Shown in pieces: positions 19,172 through 29,060 of a stretch of 64,000 bases of DNA (within the stretch, counting starts at the first letter, position 1; every line of letters starts with the position of its first letter). The translations under genes were made by a program, and so were the position numbers. Source of the stretch: Parcubacteria group bacterium Gr01-1014_3 (GTDB lineage Bacteria > Patescibacteriota > Minisyncoccia > UBA6257 > WO2-44-18); NCBI GenBank assembly GCA_007376445.1, contig VMGF01000001.1:188203-252202 (forward strand). Direction: 5' to 3'. The notes under the pieces were generated by a model. The model did no database searches and had not been told where the DNA came from. It saw nothing but the letters and a program-made list of their open reading frames with translations.

Positions 19172-20218
19172 ATGTCAGTTAAACCCGTTTTAATATCAGG
19201 AATCCAACCAACCGGCCGGCTCCATCTCGGTAATTATCTTGGCGCTCTCAAAAACTTCGTAGAGCTCCAGAATTCCGGTAAATATCAGTGCTATTTTTTC
19301 ATTGCTGATTTGCACGCCTTGACCGAAAATCCTGCCGCCGAAGATTTGAGAAAAAACATTTATAGTTTGGCCGCGGATTTCTTGGCGGTCGGACTGGATC
19401 CTAAAAAATCAATTATTTTTCAGCAATCCCAAATTAAATTTCTTCAAGACCTCAAGTGGATTTTAAGCACGCTCACTCCGGTAAGTGAGTTGTTGCGCAT
19501 GACCGCATTTAAAGAAAAGGTTTTGCAGGCGCTCAAACCATCAGAACGGGAAAAGATTACCAAAGAAAAGTTTGATGAAATAGTGGAGCAAACAAATTTT
19601 GGACTGATAGAATATCCAGTTCTCATGGCCGCGGACATTCTAATGTACGATGGACAACTTGTCCCAGTTGGCAATGATCAATTACAACATCTTGAGTTTG
19701 CTCGTACGTTAGTCCGTAAATTCAACAGAAAATTCGGTCAGACCTTTATTGAACCGAAGGCTTTAATGACTTCCACGCCAAGATTAATGAGCCTGGATGA
19801 TCCGAGTAAAAAAATGTCCAAGTCTCGACCTACAGGATGCCTTTTCATTGACGATGAATCAAAAACTATTGAGGAAAAAATAAAATCGGCGGTAACCGAT
19901 TCGGGTAGCGAAGTTAGATACGATGAAAAAGAAAAACCCGGCATATCCAATTTGTTGGTTATAATGTCCGGCCTATCCGGGCAACCCATTACAGCCATAG
20001 AAAAGGAGTTTGCCGGCGCGAATTATGGAAAATTCAAACAATCACTCGCTAATTTAGTTAGCGATCATTTTGCCATATTCCGTAAGAAGAAGGCGGCGCT
20101 TCTTCAAAAACCAGCCGGAATCAAAAAGATTATAGATGCCGGATCAAAAAAAGCAGCGAAGGTAGCCGCGAAAAAAATAATAGAAATAAAGGAAAAGCTT
20201 GGTTTACAGAAAATATAA
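19172..20218 (+). CDS. trpS: tryptophanyl-tRNA synthetase
   Basis: HLGNY and KMSKS motifs, YPVLMAADIL. Confidence 0.97.
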   Translation: MSVKPVLISGIQPTGRLHLGNYLGALKNFVELQNSGKYQCYFFIADLHALTENPAAEDLRKNIYSLAADFLAVGLDPKKSIIFQQSQIKFLQDLKWILSTLTPVSELLRMTAFKEKVLQALKPSEREKITKEKFDEIVEQTNFGLIEYPVLMAADILMYDGQLVPVGNDQLQHLEFARTLVRKFNRKFGQTFIEPKALMTSTPRLMSLDDPSKKMSKSRPTGCLFIDDESKTIEEKIKSAVTDSGSEVRYDEKEKPGISNLLVIMSGLSGQPITAIEKEFAGANYGKFKQSLANLVSDHFAIFRKKKAALLQKPAGIKKIIDAGSKKAAKVAAKKIIEIKEKLGLQKI

Positions 20219-20225
20219 AATCCGC

Positions 20226-20603
20226 TTAACGATTAAGCGGATTTTTGTCATTTAATTTATTCCCGATTCGATAGAGACGGGCGAACACCATAAATGCTCC
20301 GGCCATGCACATAAACGTAGTCACTATCAGCGCTCCGATAGTCTTTTGATCAAAGAGCGCGCCAAAGGCCAGTAAAGGCCAGACTACCCAGAGCGCCAAG
20401 AGAGTTGCCGGAAAATAAAGCATCGCGGAGGTAAGGCCCACGATCACCCCCGCGATTATCCCAACGGCCATCAGAATAAATTGATCTGAAAAAAGCATAT
20501 GGCCCACAATCGAAACCGTGAAACAGATGGTAGCTATCCGCGCGATCTCTAGTATCGAGTAGCCAATATATTCTCTCGGCGTGAGCTTGGGCTTTTCTGC
20601 CAT
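20226..20603 (-). CDS. hypothetical membrane protein
   Basis: 125 aa, four hydrophobic segments. Confidence 0.65.
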   Translation of the reverse strand: MAEKPKLTPREYIGYSILEIARIATICFTVSIVGHMLFSDQFILMAVGIIAGVIVGLTSAMLYFPATLLALWVVWPLLAFGALFDQKTIGALIVTTFMCMAGAFMVFARLYRIGNKLNDKNPLNR

Positions 20604-20716
20604 TTGAGAACCTTTCTATATTCTAGAACTGCCCAAACTTTAACACTCCGCGGTAAAATTGACAAACCGCCATCTCCAGAATATCGTAATTAAGCTCTTT
20701 GAAGCTGGAGGAACAA

Positions 20717-21319
20717 ATGAAGCTGAAGGATTGCGCCAAGAATATGCTGAAGGTTACGGCTTGGTTTATGGGTATTTATACCGCTGTCTGGCTACTTATT
20801 TGGCTGAGTATACCGGTATTATCCGCTAGTTATGAATTCAAAACCTTCGGATATTCTTGGAATGTTAGTCGTTGGCTTGATCTGATTCTTGTGGCCTTGC
20901 ATCTCAACCTGATACTGGCCGGATTCTTTTGGATCATTCCCCGCGTCAAAGAATTGGACACATCCACCGACTCAGAAAGCGCGGCCGCGGTCGGTAGCAG
21001 TTTATTCATTTCATTTGTAGCTGGTCTGGTTCTGATAGGAAATCCAAGCCTGGAGAATTGCATTACTGGAGCGGCCTTGGCGGGTGTACTGGCATTTTTG
21101 ATCGGTATCACCACTACAAAATACGCCCAGTCGATGTTAATCGCTACCGGCTCCGCGGTCATGACCCCCTTCCTGCCTGGCGCGTTAGGCGGCGGCGCTC
21201 TCAATGGATTGTATGCCGGACTAATCATGGCGCTGGCGGTCTTCCTGGCCGGAATGATCCCTTATGCCATCGTAAAACCAATCCTGCTGAAATACGAGAA
21301 ATCAAAACCCCCCGAATAA
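20717..21319 (+). CDS. hypothetical multi-TM protein
   Basis: Start after SD GGAGG; TTGACA promoter; terminator at the stop codon. Confidence 0.7.
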   Translation: MKLKDCAKNMLKVTAWFMGIYTAVWLLIWLSIPVLSASYEFKTFGYSWNVSRWLDLILVALHLNLILAGFFWIIPRVKELDTSTDSESAAAVGSSLFISFVAGLVLIGNPSLENCITGAALAGVLAFLIGITTTKYAQSMLIATGSAVMTPFLPGALGGGALNGLYAGLIMALAVFLAGMIPYAIVKPILLKYEKSKPPE

Positions 21320-21349
21320 ATCGGGGGTCTTTTTTAACAAAGCGGAGGA

Positions 21350-21494
21350 CAACTGATTTTTCGGAACATCCCGGAGGCATGCCGGCTGGACTATCCTATA
21401 ATCGGTCTCCGACCTTTATGTCGGAGCGGCGTGCCGAGGGCGAAGAAAAAACGGCCGCTGGAGCCGTTTTATTCTGTTTCCGAAAAATCAGTTG
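21350..21494. mobile_element. MITE-like element with 17-bp TIR and nested hairpins
   Basis: caactgatttttcggaa ... ttccgaaaaatcagttg. Confidence 0.6.
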
Positions 21495-21503
21495 CCGGAG
21501 CCC

Positions 21504-24500
21504 TTACTTTCTAACCCCGATCCAGATATCCACGCCGTTTAACTTCGTGGTAATTTCGGCGTCAAACTTATCCGAACGCTTAAAATCAATGGTTTTCGCG
21601 CTGATGTCCTTTTTAAATTCCGCCTCACTTTCTTCGATCGCTTCCCGTACTTCTGGCGGCACTTCCAGCATCAAAAAGATCGGCTCACCGAGCTTATAAC
21701 CGGCTTCCTGCCGCAAACCCTGCACCGCGCGCACCATTTCACGCACCAATCCCTCTCGCTTTAATTCCGCGGTAATTTCAGTGTCTAATTCAACTTCTTC
21801 CTTGATTTTGGAATCTACCACCACTTCTTTCACGTTTACCTCATCAGCCAGAATATATAATAATTCATCATTAATTTTAAATTTAAAATTTTTAATTTTT
21901 AATTTTTGTAGTGGTTGTCGAATTTTTATTCCCGCCTTTTCTCGAGCAGCCAAACCCAGGCTGGCCAGATTGCGGACTTCAGCCATCGCCGCCAAAATAT
22001 CTTTATTGAATAAAGTTTTGTTCAACTCCGGCCAATCCTGTAAATGCACAGAATTACGAATCATGAATGAGGAATTATGCTTTTTGTTTAATTCTTGATT
22101 CTTAATTCTTGATTCTGGATTCAAGGATTGCCACATCGCTTCTCCAAAAAATGGCGCGAATGGCGCGATTAAGCGGCTCATTTCGGTCAGAACCTTCGCT
22201 AGGGTCGCCGAGGCGCCCTTAAAGTCCGATCCCGGATTCTGGAAGCGTTTGCGTGAACGGCGGATGTGCCAACGGGAAAGATCATCTATAAATGATTCCA
22301 ATTCTCTCGCCGCCGGACCGATCTGGAAATTCTCCAGGTCGGTGGTTACTTTATGGGTTACCTCTTCTAATCGCGCCAAGACCCACTGATCTAAGACGTT
22401 CAACTTGCTAATTTCTAGAGTGGTCGCTGATTTATCCGCATAGCTATCCCAGAATACAAAAGAATTATAAAGGATCAGGAAAAACTTCCTCAAAACTTTA
22501 CCAAGATCATTCTCATCGAAACGCTTCGGCTCGCCAGGATCGTTTACGGTGTAGAAATACCAGCGCAAAACATCCGCGCCGTACTTTTGGATCAGCTGAT
22601 GCGGATCAACCACATTTCCCTTCGATTTAGACATCTTCTGCCCATGTTTATCCAGTAAAAGTCCGAGAGAGATCACATTTTTATAAGGCGTGTCTTTTTT
22701 AAGTAAAGTCGCAACCGCTAAAAGTGTATAGAACCAACCTCGCGTCTGATCAATAGCTTCGCAGATATAATCCGCCGGAAACTGCTCTCCTTTATCCAAG
22801 AGATTTTTATTTTCAAACGGATAATGCCACTGCGCGTATGGCATCGCTCCGGAATCGAACCAGACATCCGCCACTTCCTTTACGCGATCCATTTTTTCCT
22901 CGCAGTCTGGGCATTTCAAGGCGACCTCATCGATAAACGGCCGGTGCACGTCCAGTTCGCCGTTCCGGTCAAAAGGCCAGTTGTGAACAGTGATCTTCCG
23001 ATAGTCTCCAGTTTTCGGATATGGCATCTTCTCGGTCTCTTCAGCAGAAACCCCAGCCAACGCTCCCTCCATCACCCAAAGCGGATCGCCGTGGCTGACT
23101 ATTAAAATATTTTTGCCGCTGTGCTGTCCATTTATTTCCCGAACTGCCTCCATCATCCTGGCCCGGATCTGAGAATAATTTTCGCCGTTGGGCGGAGTCT
23201 TTATGAATCGCTCAGCGAAGTTGGCGTAAAACCCAGTATGATCTTTAACCGGCCGGCCGTTAAAGATTCCGGCATTCACCTCGCTTAATCGCTTATCCTT
23301 GATCACCTTGGCTCCAGTGGCTTTGGCGATGATCTTGGCGGTTTGCATCGTTCGAAAATACGGCGAAGCAAAAATCAGATCGATATTCTCCTTTTTTAAT
23401 TCTTTGCCCAATTTTTCCGCGTCTTTTTCGCCTTTCTCGGTTAGCTTAGAAATGTTGTCTCCTTTTTCAGGTCCAGAGGCCACAAAATCTTTTACGTTAT
23501 GATTGGATTCGCAGTGCCGGGCGATGAAAAACTGATTGGCGCTAAGAGCATGCTTATCCAGGTCGGCAAGACCACCAATCACGATCCTCTTCTCACATTT
23601 TTCGGCGGCTTTGCCGGAATGCTCCCAGATTGGTAGAGGCGTACCCCAATAACGCTGACGAGCGATCGCCCAATCTTTAATATCTTTCAACCATTCTCCA
23701 AAACGGCCTTCTTTCAAATGCTCCGGAGTCCAATTTATTTTTTTATTGGCCGCCAAAAGTTCACTCTTCAATTTGCTCATCTCGATAAACCAAGAGTTGC
23801 GAGCAAAATAGATTAGCGGTGTAGAGCAACGCCAACAATGCGGATATTCATGCTCGATAGATGAGGCGGAATAAAGTAGTTTTCGCCCGGTAAGATCGGC
23901 AATGATGTCTTTATCAGCTTCTTTGACGAATTTTCCAGCTCCCGGTAGGCCTTTTTGTACCATACCGCGATCATCGATAGTCACGACAATACTTTCCTGC
24001 CAGTTCTCCCCCTTGGCGTGCTCGCGGAATAAATTAAGATCGTCTTCGCCAAAAGCCGGGGCGATATGAACTAAACCGGTGCCATCTTCGGTAGAAATAA
24101 AGTCGGCCGGTAATACTTCATAGACGCCCTCGGCGCCTTTGAGATCTTTGTGCGGAAAAAGTGGCTCATATTTTTTGCCAACCAGTTTTTTTCCGGAGAT
24201 CTTCTCTACCACCTCCACCTCTATTTTTTTTCCATCCACCTCAACCGACGGCGGATTGCTATATGACCAAAAAAACTCGTTGCCAGCCTTATATTTCGTG
24301 TAAGTCAGCTTCGGATCCACGGCAACGGCCATATTTGCCGGCAAAGTCCACGGCGTGGTTGTCCAAACCAATAAATAAGTATTCTTTTCACCTTTGAGCG
24401 CGAATTTTACGTAGACCGATGGATCTTTAACTTTTTTATATGCACCTGGCTGGCCTAGCTCGTGGCTGGAAAGCGGCGTCTGACAACGCGGACACCACGG

Positions 24501-25040
24501 AACGATCTTATAAAGTTTTTTCAAAAGTCCGCGCTTATTGATCTCGCCAAAAACCCACCACAAAGTTTCGACATAAGAATTCGCGTAGGTAACGTAAGCG
24601 GTATCAAAATCCAGCCAGAGACCGACCCGCTCGGTTAATTTTTCCCACTCGCTTTTATATTTCCAAACTGAATTTTTGGCCTTGGCGTTGAATTCGGCGA
24701 TGCCGAATTTTTCTATCTCGGATTTATTTTTGATGCCGAGTTCTTTTTCCACTTCCAACTCTACCGGCAAACCGTGAGTATCCCAGCCGGCGCGGCGTAG
24801 CACATAGTGCCCGCGCATAGTTTTATAGCGCAAAATGATATCTTTGAAAGCGCGGGTCAGCACGTGGTGCGTCCCCGGGCGGCCGTTAGCCGTCGGCGGC
24901 CCTTCAAAAAACCTGAAAGGTTTTTTGCCCTGAGTCCGCCGAAGGGCTAAAGACTTCTTAAAAATGTCGTTCTCCTTCCAAAATTTGAGGATCTTCTCCT
25001 CGATCTCCGAAAGAATAAGCTGCTTTAATCCACGCAACAT
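21504..25040 (-). CDS. ileS: isoleucyl-tRNA synthetase (type 2) with inserted histidine phosphatase domain
   Basis: GPPTANG.PGTHH, GWDTHGLPVE, WTTTPWTLP, RQRYWGTP, KMSKS; RHCES/SHGD insert. Confidence 0.96.
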   Translation of the reverse strand: MLRGLKQLILSEIEEKILKFWKENDIFKKSLALRRTQGKKPFRFFEGPPTANGRPGTHHVLTRAFKDIILRYKTMRGHYVLRRAGWDTHGLPVELEVEKELGIKNKSEIEKFGIAEFNAKAKNSVWKYKSEWEKLTERVGLWLDFDTAYVTYANSYVETLWWVFGEINKRGLLKKLYKIVPWCPRCQTPLSSHELGQPGAYKKVKDPSVYVKFALKGEKNTYLLVWTTTPWTLPANMAVAVDPKLTYTKYKAGNEFFWSYSNPPSVEVDGKKIEVEVVEKISGKKLVGKKYEPLFPHKDLKGAEGVYEVLPADFISTEDGTGLVHIAPAFGEDDLNLFREHAKGENWQESIVVTIDDRGMVQKGLPGAGKFVKEADKDIIADLTGRKLLYSASSIEHEYPHCWRCSTPLIYFARNSWFIEMSKLKSELLAANKKINWTPEHLKEGRFGEWLKDIKDWAIARQRYWGTPLPIWEHSGKAAEKCEKRIVIGGLADLDKHALSANQFFIARHCESNHNVKDFVASGPEKGDNISKLTEKGEKDAEKLGKELKKENIDLIFASPYFRTMQTAKIIAKATGAKVIKDKRLSEVNAGIFNGRPVKDHTGFYANFAERFIKTPPNGENYSQIRARMMEAVREINGQHSGKNILIVSHGDPLWVMEGALAGVSAEETEKMPYPKTGDYRKITVHNWPFDRNGELDVHRPFIDEVALKCPDCEEKMDRVKEVADVWFDSGAMPYAQWHYPFENKNLLDKGEQFPADYICEAIDQTRGWFYTLLAVATLLKKDTPYKNVISLGLLLDKHGQKMSKSKGNVVDPHQLIQKYGADVLRWYFYTVNDPGEPKRFDENDLGKVLRKFFLILYNSFVFWDSYADKSATTLEISKLNVLDQWVLARLEEVTHKVTTDLENFQIGPAARELESFIDDLSRWHIRRSRKRFQNPGSDFKGASATLAKVLTEMSRLIAPFAPFFGEAMWQSLNPESRIKNQELNKKHNSSFMIRNSVHLQDWPELNKTLFNKDILAAMAEVRNLASLGLAAREKAGIKIRQPLQKLKIKNFKFKINDELLYILADEVNVKEVVVDSKIKEEVELDTEITAELKREGLVREMVRAVQGLRQEAGYKLGEPIFLMLEVPPEVREAIEESEAEFKKDISAKTIDFKRSDKFDAEITTKLNGVDIWIGVRK

Positions 25041-25147
25041 AATATCCTTGATGATATATAAAATTTAAGCGTATTTCAACCGCCCTTATGGACTTTACGA
25101 GCCTTAGACTTTAAAATAGCCTTTGTACTTTAAAAGGAGCAAAAACG

Positions 25148-25903
25148 GTGAAACAGATAATCGCGGCCTTCCTGATCTTCGCGATTCCGAAAATAGCCTA
25201 CGCCCAAGAAGATTTTTCGATGTCCGGCGAAGCCAGGGTTAAGCAGTTCGTAGTCATGGATGAACCTGATCTGATGAAGATGGACTATTCAAGCTACGAC
25301 TCTACGCCGGATCAAGAAGTAGGTCTGTCGGGTCATTTCCACTTCTGGAGAAAGCTTCACCTCGATGCTTATCCATATTTCTGGTATTCACAAGAAAACA
25401 AGATCGCCCGCGTCGGACTTTTCGGAGAATTTCATTATGATCTCTGGGGCGACTGGCTAGATGTTGGCTTTGGCCACCACAGCTGGCACAACGCCGACGA
25501 ACATTCTCCGAGCGAAAGCGGTCGGAGCCAGAACTGGTTTTCCATGGAATTGAATTTCTGGAATATCAGTCTCGGCGGCGAGAACCATCTCGATCTTTTC
25601 CTGAAGCCGCTTTACTATGTTCAGAACGCCGAACCCGCAGAGCTTAAAACTATTTACGACGGCGATGAATCGGCCGCTTACGCCAAAATCAGCCTGGGCG
25701 CGAAGCTAAACTATGGCAGTCTGGATCTTCAACTCTGGCCCTATGCGGAATTTTCTGATGGTCCCGACCGCTACGGCCTCAAAGCGGAAATATCCTATCC
25801 GCTCTACCGAGGATTCTCCGCTTTCGGTGATCTCCACTATTTCACCATCGACAACGAAGACCGCTGGATGATCGGAATTGGCATAATTATTAGATTTAAA
25901 TAA
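25148..25903 (+). CDS. secreted beta-strand-rich hypothetical protein
   Basis: Signal peptide (AYA), alternating hydrophobic strands, SD AAGGAG. Confidence 0.7.
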   Translation: MKQIIAAFLIFAIPKIAYAQEDFSMSGEARVKQFVVMDEPDLMKMDYSSYDSTPDQEVGLSGHFHFWRKLHLDAYPYFWYSQENKIARVGLFGEFHYDLWGDWLDVGFGHHSWHNADEHSPSESGRSQNWFSMELNFWNISLGGENHLDLFLKPLYYVQNAEPAELKTIYDGDESAAYAKISLGAKLNYGSLDLQLWPYAEFSDGPDRYGLKAEISYPLYRGFSAFGDLHYFTIDNEDRWMIGIGIIIRFK

Positions 25904-26013
25904 AACCAAAACCGCCCAAATGGGCGGTTTTTTTATCTACGCACGAATCGACTTAAGTCGATTCTTTGCGGGATTCCGTCGCCGCTATTTTAAAATAAAT
26001 AATTGAGGCGACT

Positions 26014-27591
26014 TCACATTTTCTCCGGGGCGGAAATGCCAAGCAAACCAAAAACTTGTTTGAGTACTTTTTCCGTGGCTGCCATAAGAGCCAGGCGGGA
26101 TTGAATTACTTTTCCTTTTTCATCGATCACGCGCTCTTTTTCATAAAAATTGTGCACAGCTCGCGCGATTTCGAGAGCATAGCGAGCCACGCGGCTCACC
26201 TGATAATCGCTGGCGGTCTGCTGGATCATATAGTCATATTTTCCGAGGATCTGAAGCAGTTGCACCTCGGAATCAGCGGAAACATCCGCCAGAGCCGCCA
26301 TTTTCGGCTTCACTCCCGCTTTTTCTAAGATACTCACCGCCCGCACATAGGCGTACTGCGTGTAAAACACCGGATTCTTCGATGACTGCTCTTTCGCCAA
26401 ACCAAGATCGAAATCCATATGCGTATCCGGTGAATGCATCAGGAAAAAGAACCGGGCCACATCTTTGCCGACTTCTTTAATAAGTTCGTCCATCGTCACA
26501 AACTCGCCTTTCCGCTTGGACATCTTCACTTCTTCGCCATTTTCTATCAGGCGAACCAGCTGGGTGATGATTATTTTCAATCTTTCCGGATCCACACCCA
26601 GCGCCTCCACGCCAGACTTCAACCGAGCCACATAGCCATGGTGATCCGCGCCCCAGATGTTGGCGGAGATATCGAATCCGCGTTTTATAAACTTGTCGTA
26701 GTGATAAGCGAGATCGGCTAAGAAATAAGTTGGCTTGCCGTCCGATTTAACTAAGACGCGGTCTTTGTCGTCAGCGATGCCTTCCGTTTTGAGCCAGACG
26801 GCGCCATCGTGTTCGGCCACCAGCTTTTTTGATTTCAAAAATTCCAGAGTTTTTGGGAGTTCTTTTCTCTGATGAAGATTCTTTTGTTCGGAAAACCAAA
26901 CATCAAAGCTGATCCCGGCGTTTTTCACCGATTGTTTAATTTCTTTCAATAATTCCCCCGCCGCCAGCTGGCCGATCTTCAGCGCGTCATCGGTTTTGAT
27001 TTTTGGCTGGATTTTTCGCGCGAGCGTCAGCACATAGGCGCCTTTGTAGTGCTCTTCCTTCGGTTCAGCCTTGCCGATCGCCGCTAAAATACTTTCGCCA
27101 AGCACCCGTACCTGATTGCCAGCGTCATTTATATAGTATTCCCGAGTTACCTTATTACCGACTGCTTCCAAGATATTCGCCAGCGCGTCTCCCAAGAAAC
27201 CGCCACGGCCGTTGGCCATCGTGAGCGGGCCGGTCGGATTGGCGGAGATAAATTCTAAGCAAATTTTTTGCTTACCCTTCGTAGCTTTACGCGAAGAAGG
27301 GAATTTTAAGATGCTTTGCAGTTCCGCGGCGAGCACTTTGGCCGATATCCAGAAATTCACATAACCCGGCGCCACCGCTTCTATTTTTTGAAATATTTTT
27401 TCTTCGTCAGCGGCCCTGATTTTGTCAGCCAGTTTTTTAGCGGCCTCGATCGGCGGAGTTTTCCATTCTTTCGCCAGCAAAAAAGCCGCGCTAGTCGAAT
27501 AATGGCCGTATTCCACGCGGTCGGTCATCATCACCTGGCCCACTTCCCGGCCAAGCGCCTTCGTAACTATGTTCTGGATCTTATTAATCAT
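26014..27591 (-). CDS. argS: arginyl-tRNA synthetase
   Basis: EFISANPTGPL, EYYINDAG, GADHHGY, KMSKRKG, LGISAPEKM. Confidence 0.97.
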   Translation of the reverse strand: MINKIQNIVTKALGREVGQVMMTDRVEYGHYSTSAAFLLAKEWKTPPIEAAKKLADKIRAADEEKIFQKIEAVAPGYVNFWISAKVLAAELQSILKFPSSRKATKGKQKICLEFISANPTGPLTMANGRGGFLGDALANILEAVGNKVTREYYINDAGNQVRVLGESILAAIGKAEPKEEHYKGAYVLTLARKIQPKIKTDDALKIGQLAAGELLKEIKQSVKNAGISFDVWFSEQKNLHQRKELPKTLEFLKSKKLVAEHDGAVWLKTEGIADDKDRVLVKSDGKPTYFLADLAYHYDKFIKRGFDISANIWGADHHGYVARLKSGVEALGVDPERLKIIITQLVRLIENGEEVKMSKRKGEFVTMDELIKEVGKDVARFFFLMHSPDTHMDFDLGLAKEQSSKNPVFYTQYAYVRAVSILEKAGVKPKMAALADVSADSEVQLLQILGKYDYMIQQTASDYQVSRVARYALEIARAVHNFYEKERVIDEKGKVIQSRLALMAATEKVLKQVFGLLGISAPEKM

Positions 27592-27643
27592 GATTTTTAG
27601 CTTTCTTTGGTCTTCGTTGCTCTTAGTGTACTATAATTAACCA

Positions 27644-28087
27644 ATGAGCTTAATAGTAGAAAATAGTAAGGCTTACTTCAACTATGAGATTCTCGAAAAA
27701 TACGAAGCGGGAGTTGAATTGAAGGGGTATGAAGTGAAAGCAGTTAAAGCCGGCCGGGCTCATTTGGCCGGAGCTTTCGCGACCGTCAAAGATAATCAGA
27801 TCTGGCTCACCAACGCCGACATCCAGCCATATCAGCCGAAAAACACCCCCGCCGGCTATGACCATACCCGCCCCCGCCGCCTCCTCTTAAATAGGAAGGA
27901 AATTAACTATCTGATCAGCAAGATGAAGTCCGATAAGTTGACAATAGTGCCTTTAAAGTTGTATAATAAAGGCGGTCGGATCAAGATTGAGCTCGGTTTA
28001 GCTCGCGGCAAGAAGCAATACGAAAAGCGCGAGAAGATCAAAAAACGAGAAGTTCAACGCGAGATCCGGCGCACGTTAAAATCGTAA
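27644..28087 (+). CDS. smpB: SsrA-binding protein
   Basis: EAGVELKG.EVK, R.LLL...EI, GKKQYEKR. Confidence 0.97.
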   Translation: MSLIVENSKAYFNYEILEKYEAGVELKGYEVKAVKAGRAHLAGAFATVKDNQIWLTNADIQPYQPKNTPAGYDHTRPRRLLLNRKEINYLISKMKSDKLTIVPLKLYNKGGRIKIELGLARGKKQYEKREKIKKREVQREIRRTLKS

Positions 28088-28160
28088 CTACGCCAATATA
28101 CTAATCAAGCACTGATATACGAATTCGTATATTCGCGCTATATTCGTATATTAGTGAAGT
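28087..28160. repeat. octamer-repeat palindrome (copy 1 of 3)
   Basis: Similar to the reverse complement of 49230-49325 and 60622-60703. Confidence 0.8.
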
Positions 28161-28165
28161 TTTAG

Positions 28166-28480
28166 GGGGATGAAAGGCCTCGACGAAGACTTTTCTTTAA
28201 TAATCGCAAGCCGAGCTGAACTCGCTCGTAAAACCGGTTCAAAATCTTAATTGCTAACCAAAAATTAGCTTTAGCCTACGCGTAATAGCGTTTGCTCATC
28301 GGCGGCTTGATGTCCTATCGGGTCATCACCGGTGTTATATCTAGGACTTAAGAAATGCTCTCGTGATTCCGGGATCATTTACGAAAACCAATGAATCATT
28401 CGTTCTGATTTATCAGATCTAAGCTTGTAGAAGTTATTACTGAAAATTTTCGGATGTCGGTTCAACTCCGACCATCTCCA
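28166..28480 (+). ncRNA. ssrA: tmRNA; tag peptide (A)ANQKLALAYA
   Basis: GGGGATG/CATCTCC acceptor with G3.U, T arm GTCGG-TTCAACT-CCGAC, tag ORF 28253-28285, adjacent to smpB. Confidence 0.95.
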
Positions 28481-28488
28481 CTACTTCG

Positions 28489-28526
28489 CAAAACAAAATT
28501 CCCCCGCTTTGGGGGAATTTTGTTTT
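28489..28526. terminator. terminator hairpin after tmRNA
   Basis: caaaacaaaattcccc-cgctttg-ggggaattttgttttg. Confidence 0.75.
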
Positions 28527-28581
28527 GACATATTTGTATTTATATGTATAATGATGGCGTACTTTGAAAGGAGGCTACTTT

Positions 28582-28992
28582 ATGGCATGCAATGACAGCG
28601 GGCAGGGCGGACCTGGGAAATGCGAAAAGCGGCATATTAATGAAGCCACGATTGAACAATTGCGCGCCGTGATAAAGAATCGCCTGAAAAGAAAGGTCAA
28701 AAACGAAGAACTTCGCCTCGCAAACGAAGCGAAGGCAATGTTCAAAAAGGGAATTATCGCTGGTTATGTTCAAACCGCCCTCTCTGCCGCAGAAAAGGTT
28801 TCACCTAGACTCGTTATCAACTTCGTGGCTGCCGAAAAGAATCGGACAGAGAGTCTTCAATGGAAGCGTAGTGAGCTTGAAAGCAAGCTGACTAAGTGGT
28901 TGAGCGACTGCGATCCTTTCCCTTTGAAGATGAAATTCAAACTACAGAGAACTCTGGGCCGCTACTTCCTGATCAGCTGGCATCAGCATTAA
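28582..28992 (+). CDS. hypothetical protein
   Basis: TTGACA-16-TATAAT, SD AAGGAGG, terminator after the stop. Confidence 0.7.
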   Translation: MACNDSGQGGPGKCEKRHINEATIEQLRAVIKNRLKRKVKNEELRLANEAKAMFKKGIIAGYVQTALSAAEKVSPRLVINFVAAEKNRTESLQWKRSELESKLTKWLSDCDPFPLKMKFKLQRTLGRYFLISWHQH

Positions 28993-29060
28993 AAAAATTA
29001 AATCCCCGCTTAACGGCGGGGATTTTGACTTTTCCGGCCTATTCTGTTAAATTTGAAGCT

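Noticed and set aside
21058-21699. 213-aa ORF and other antisense or shifted ORFs (e.g. 3155-3727, 17342-17995, 42536-43147)
   Set aside because: Shadows of well-supported genes or repeats, with no motifs or initiation signals
28896-29060. N-terminal extension of IF-3 in the ORF track
   Set aside because: Overlaps the upstream gene, its terminator and the infC promoter
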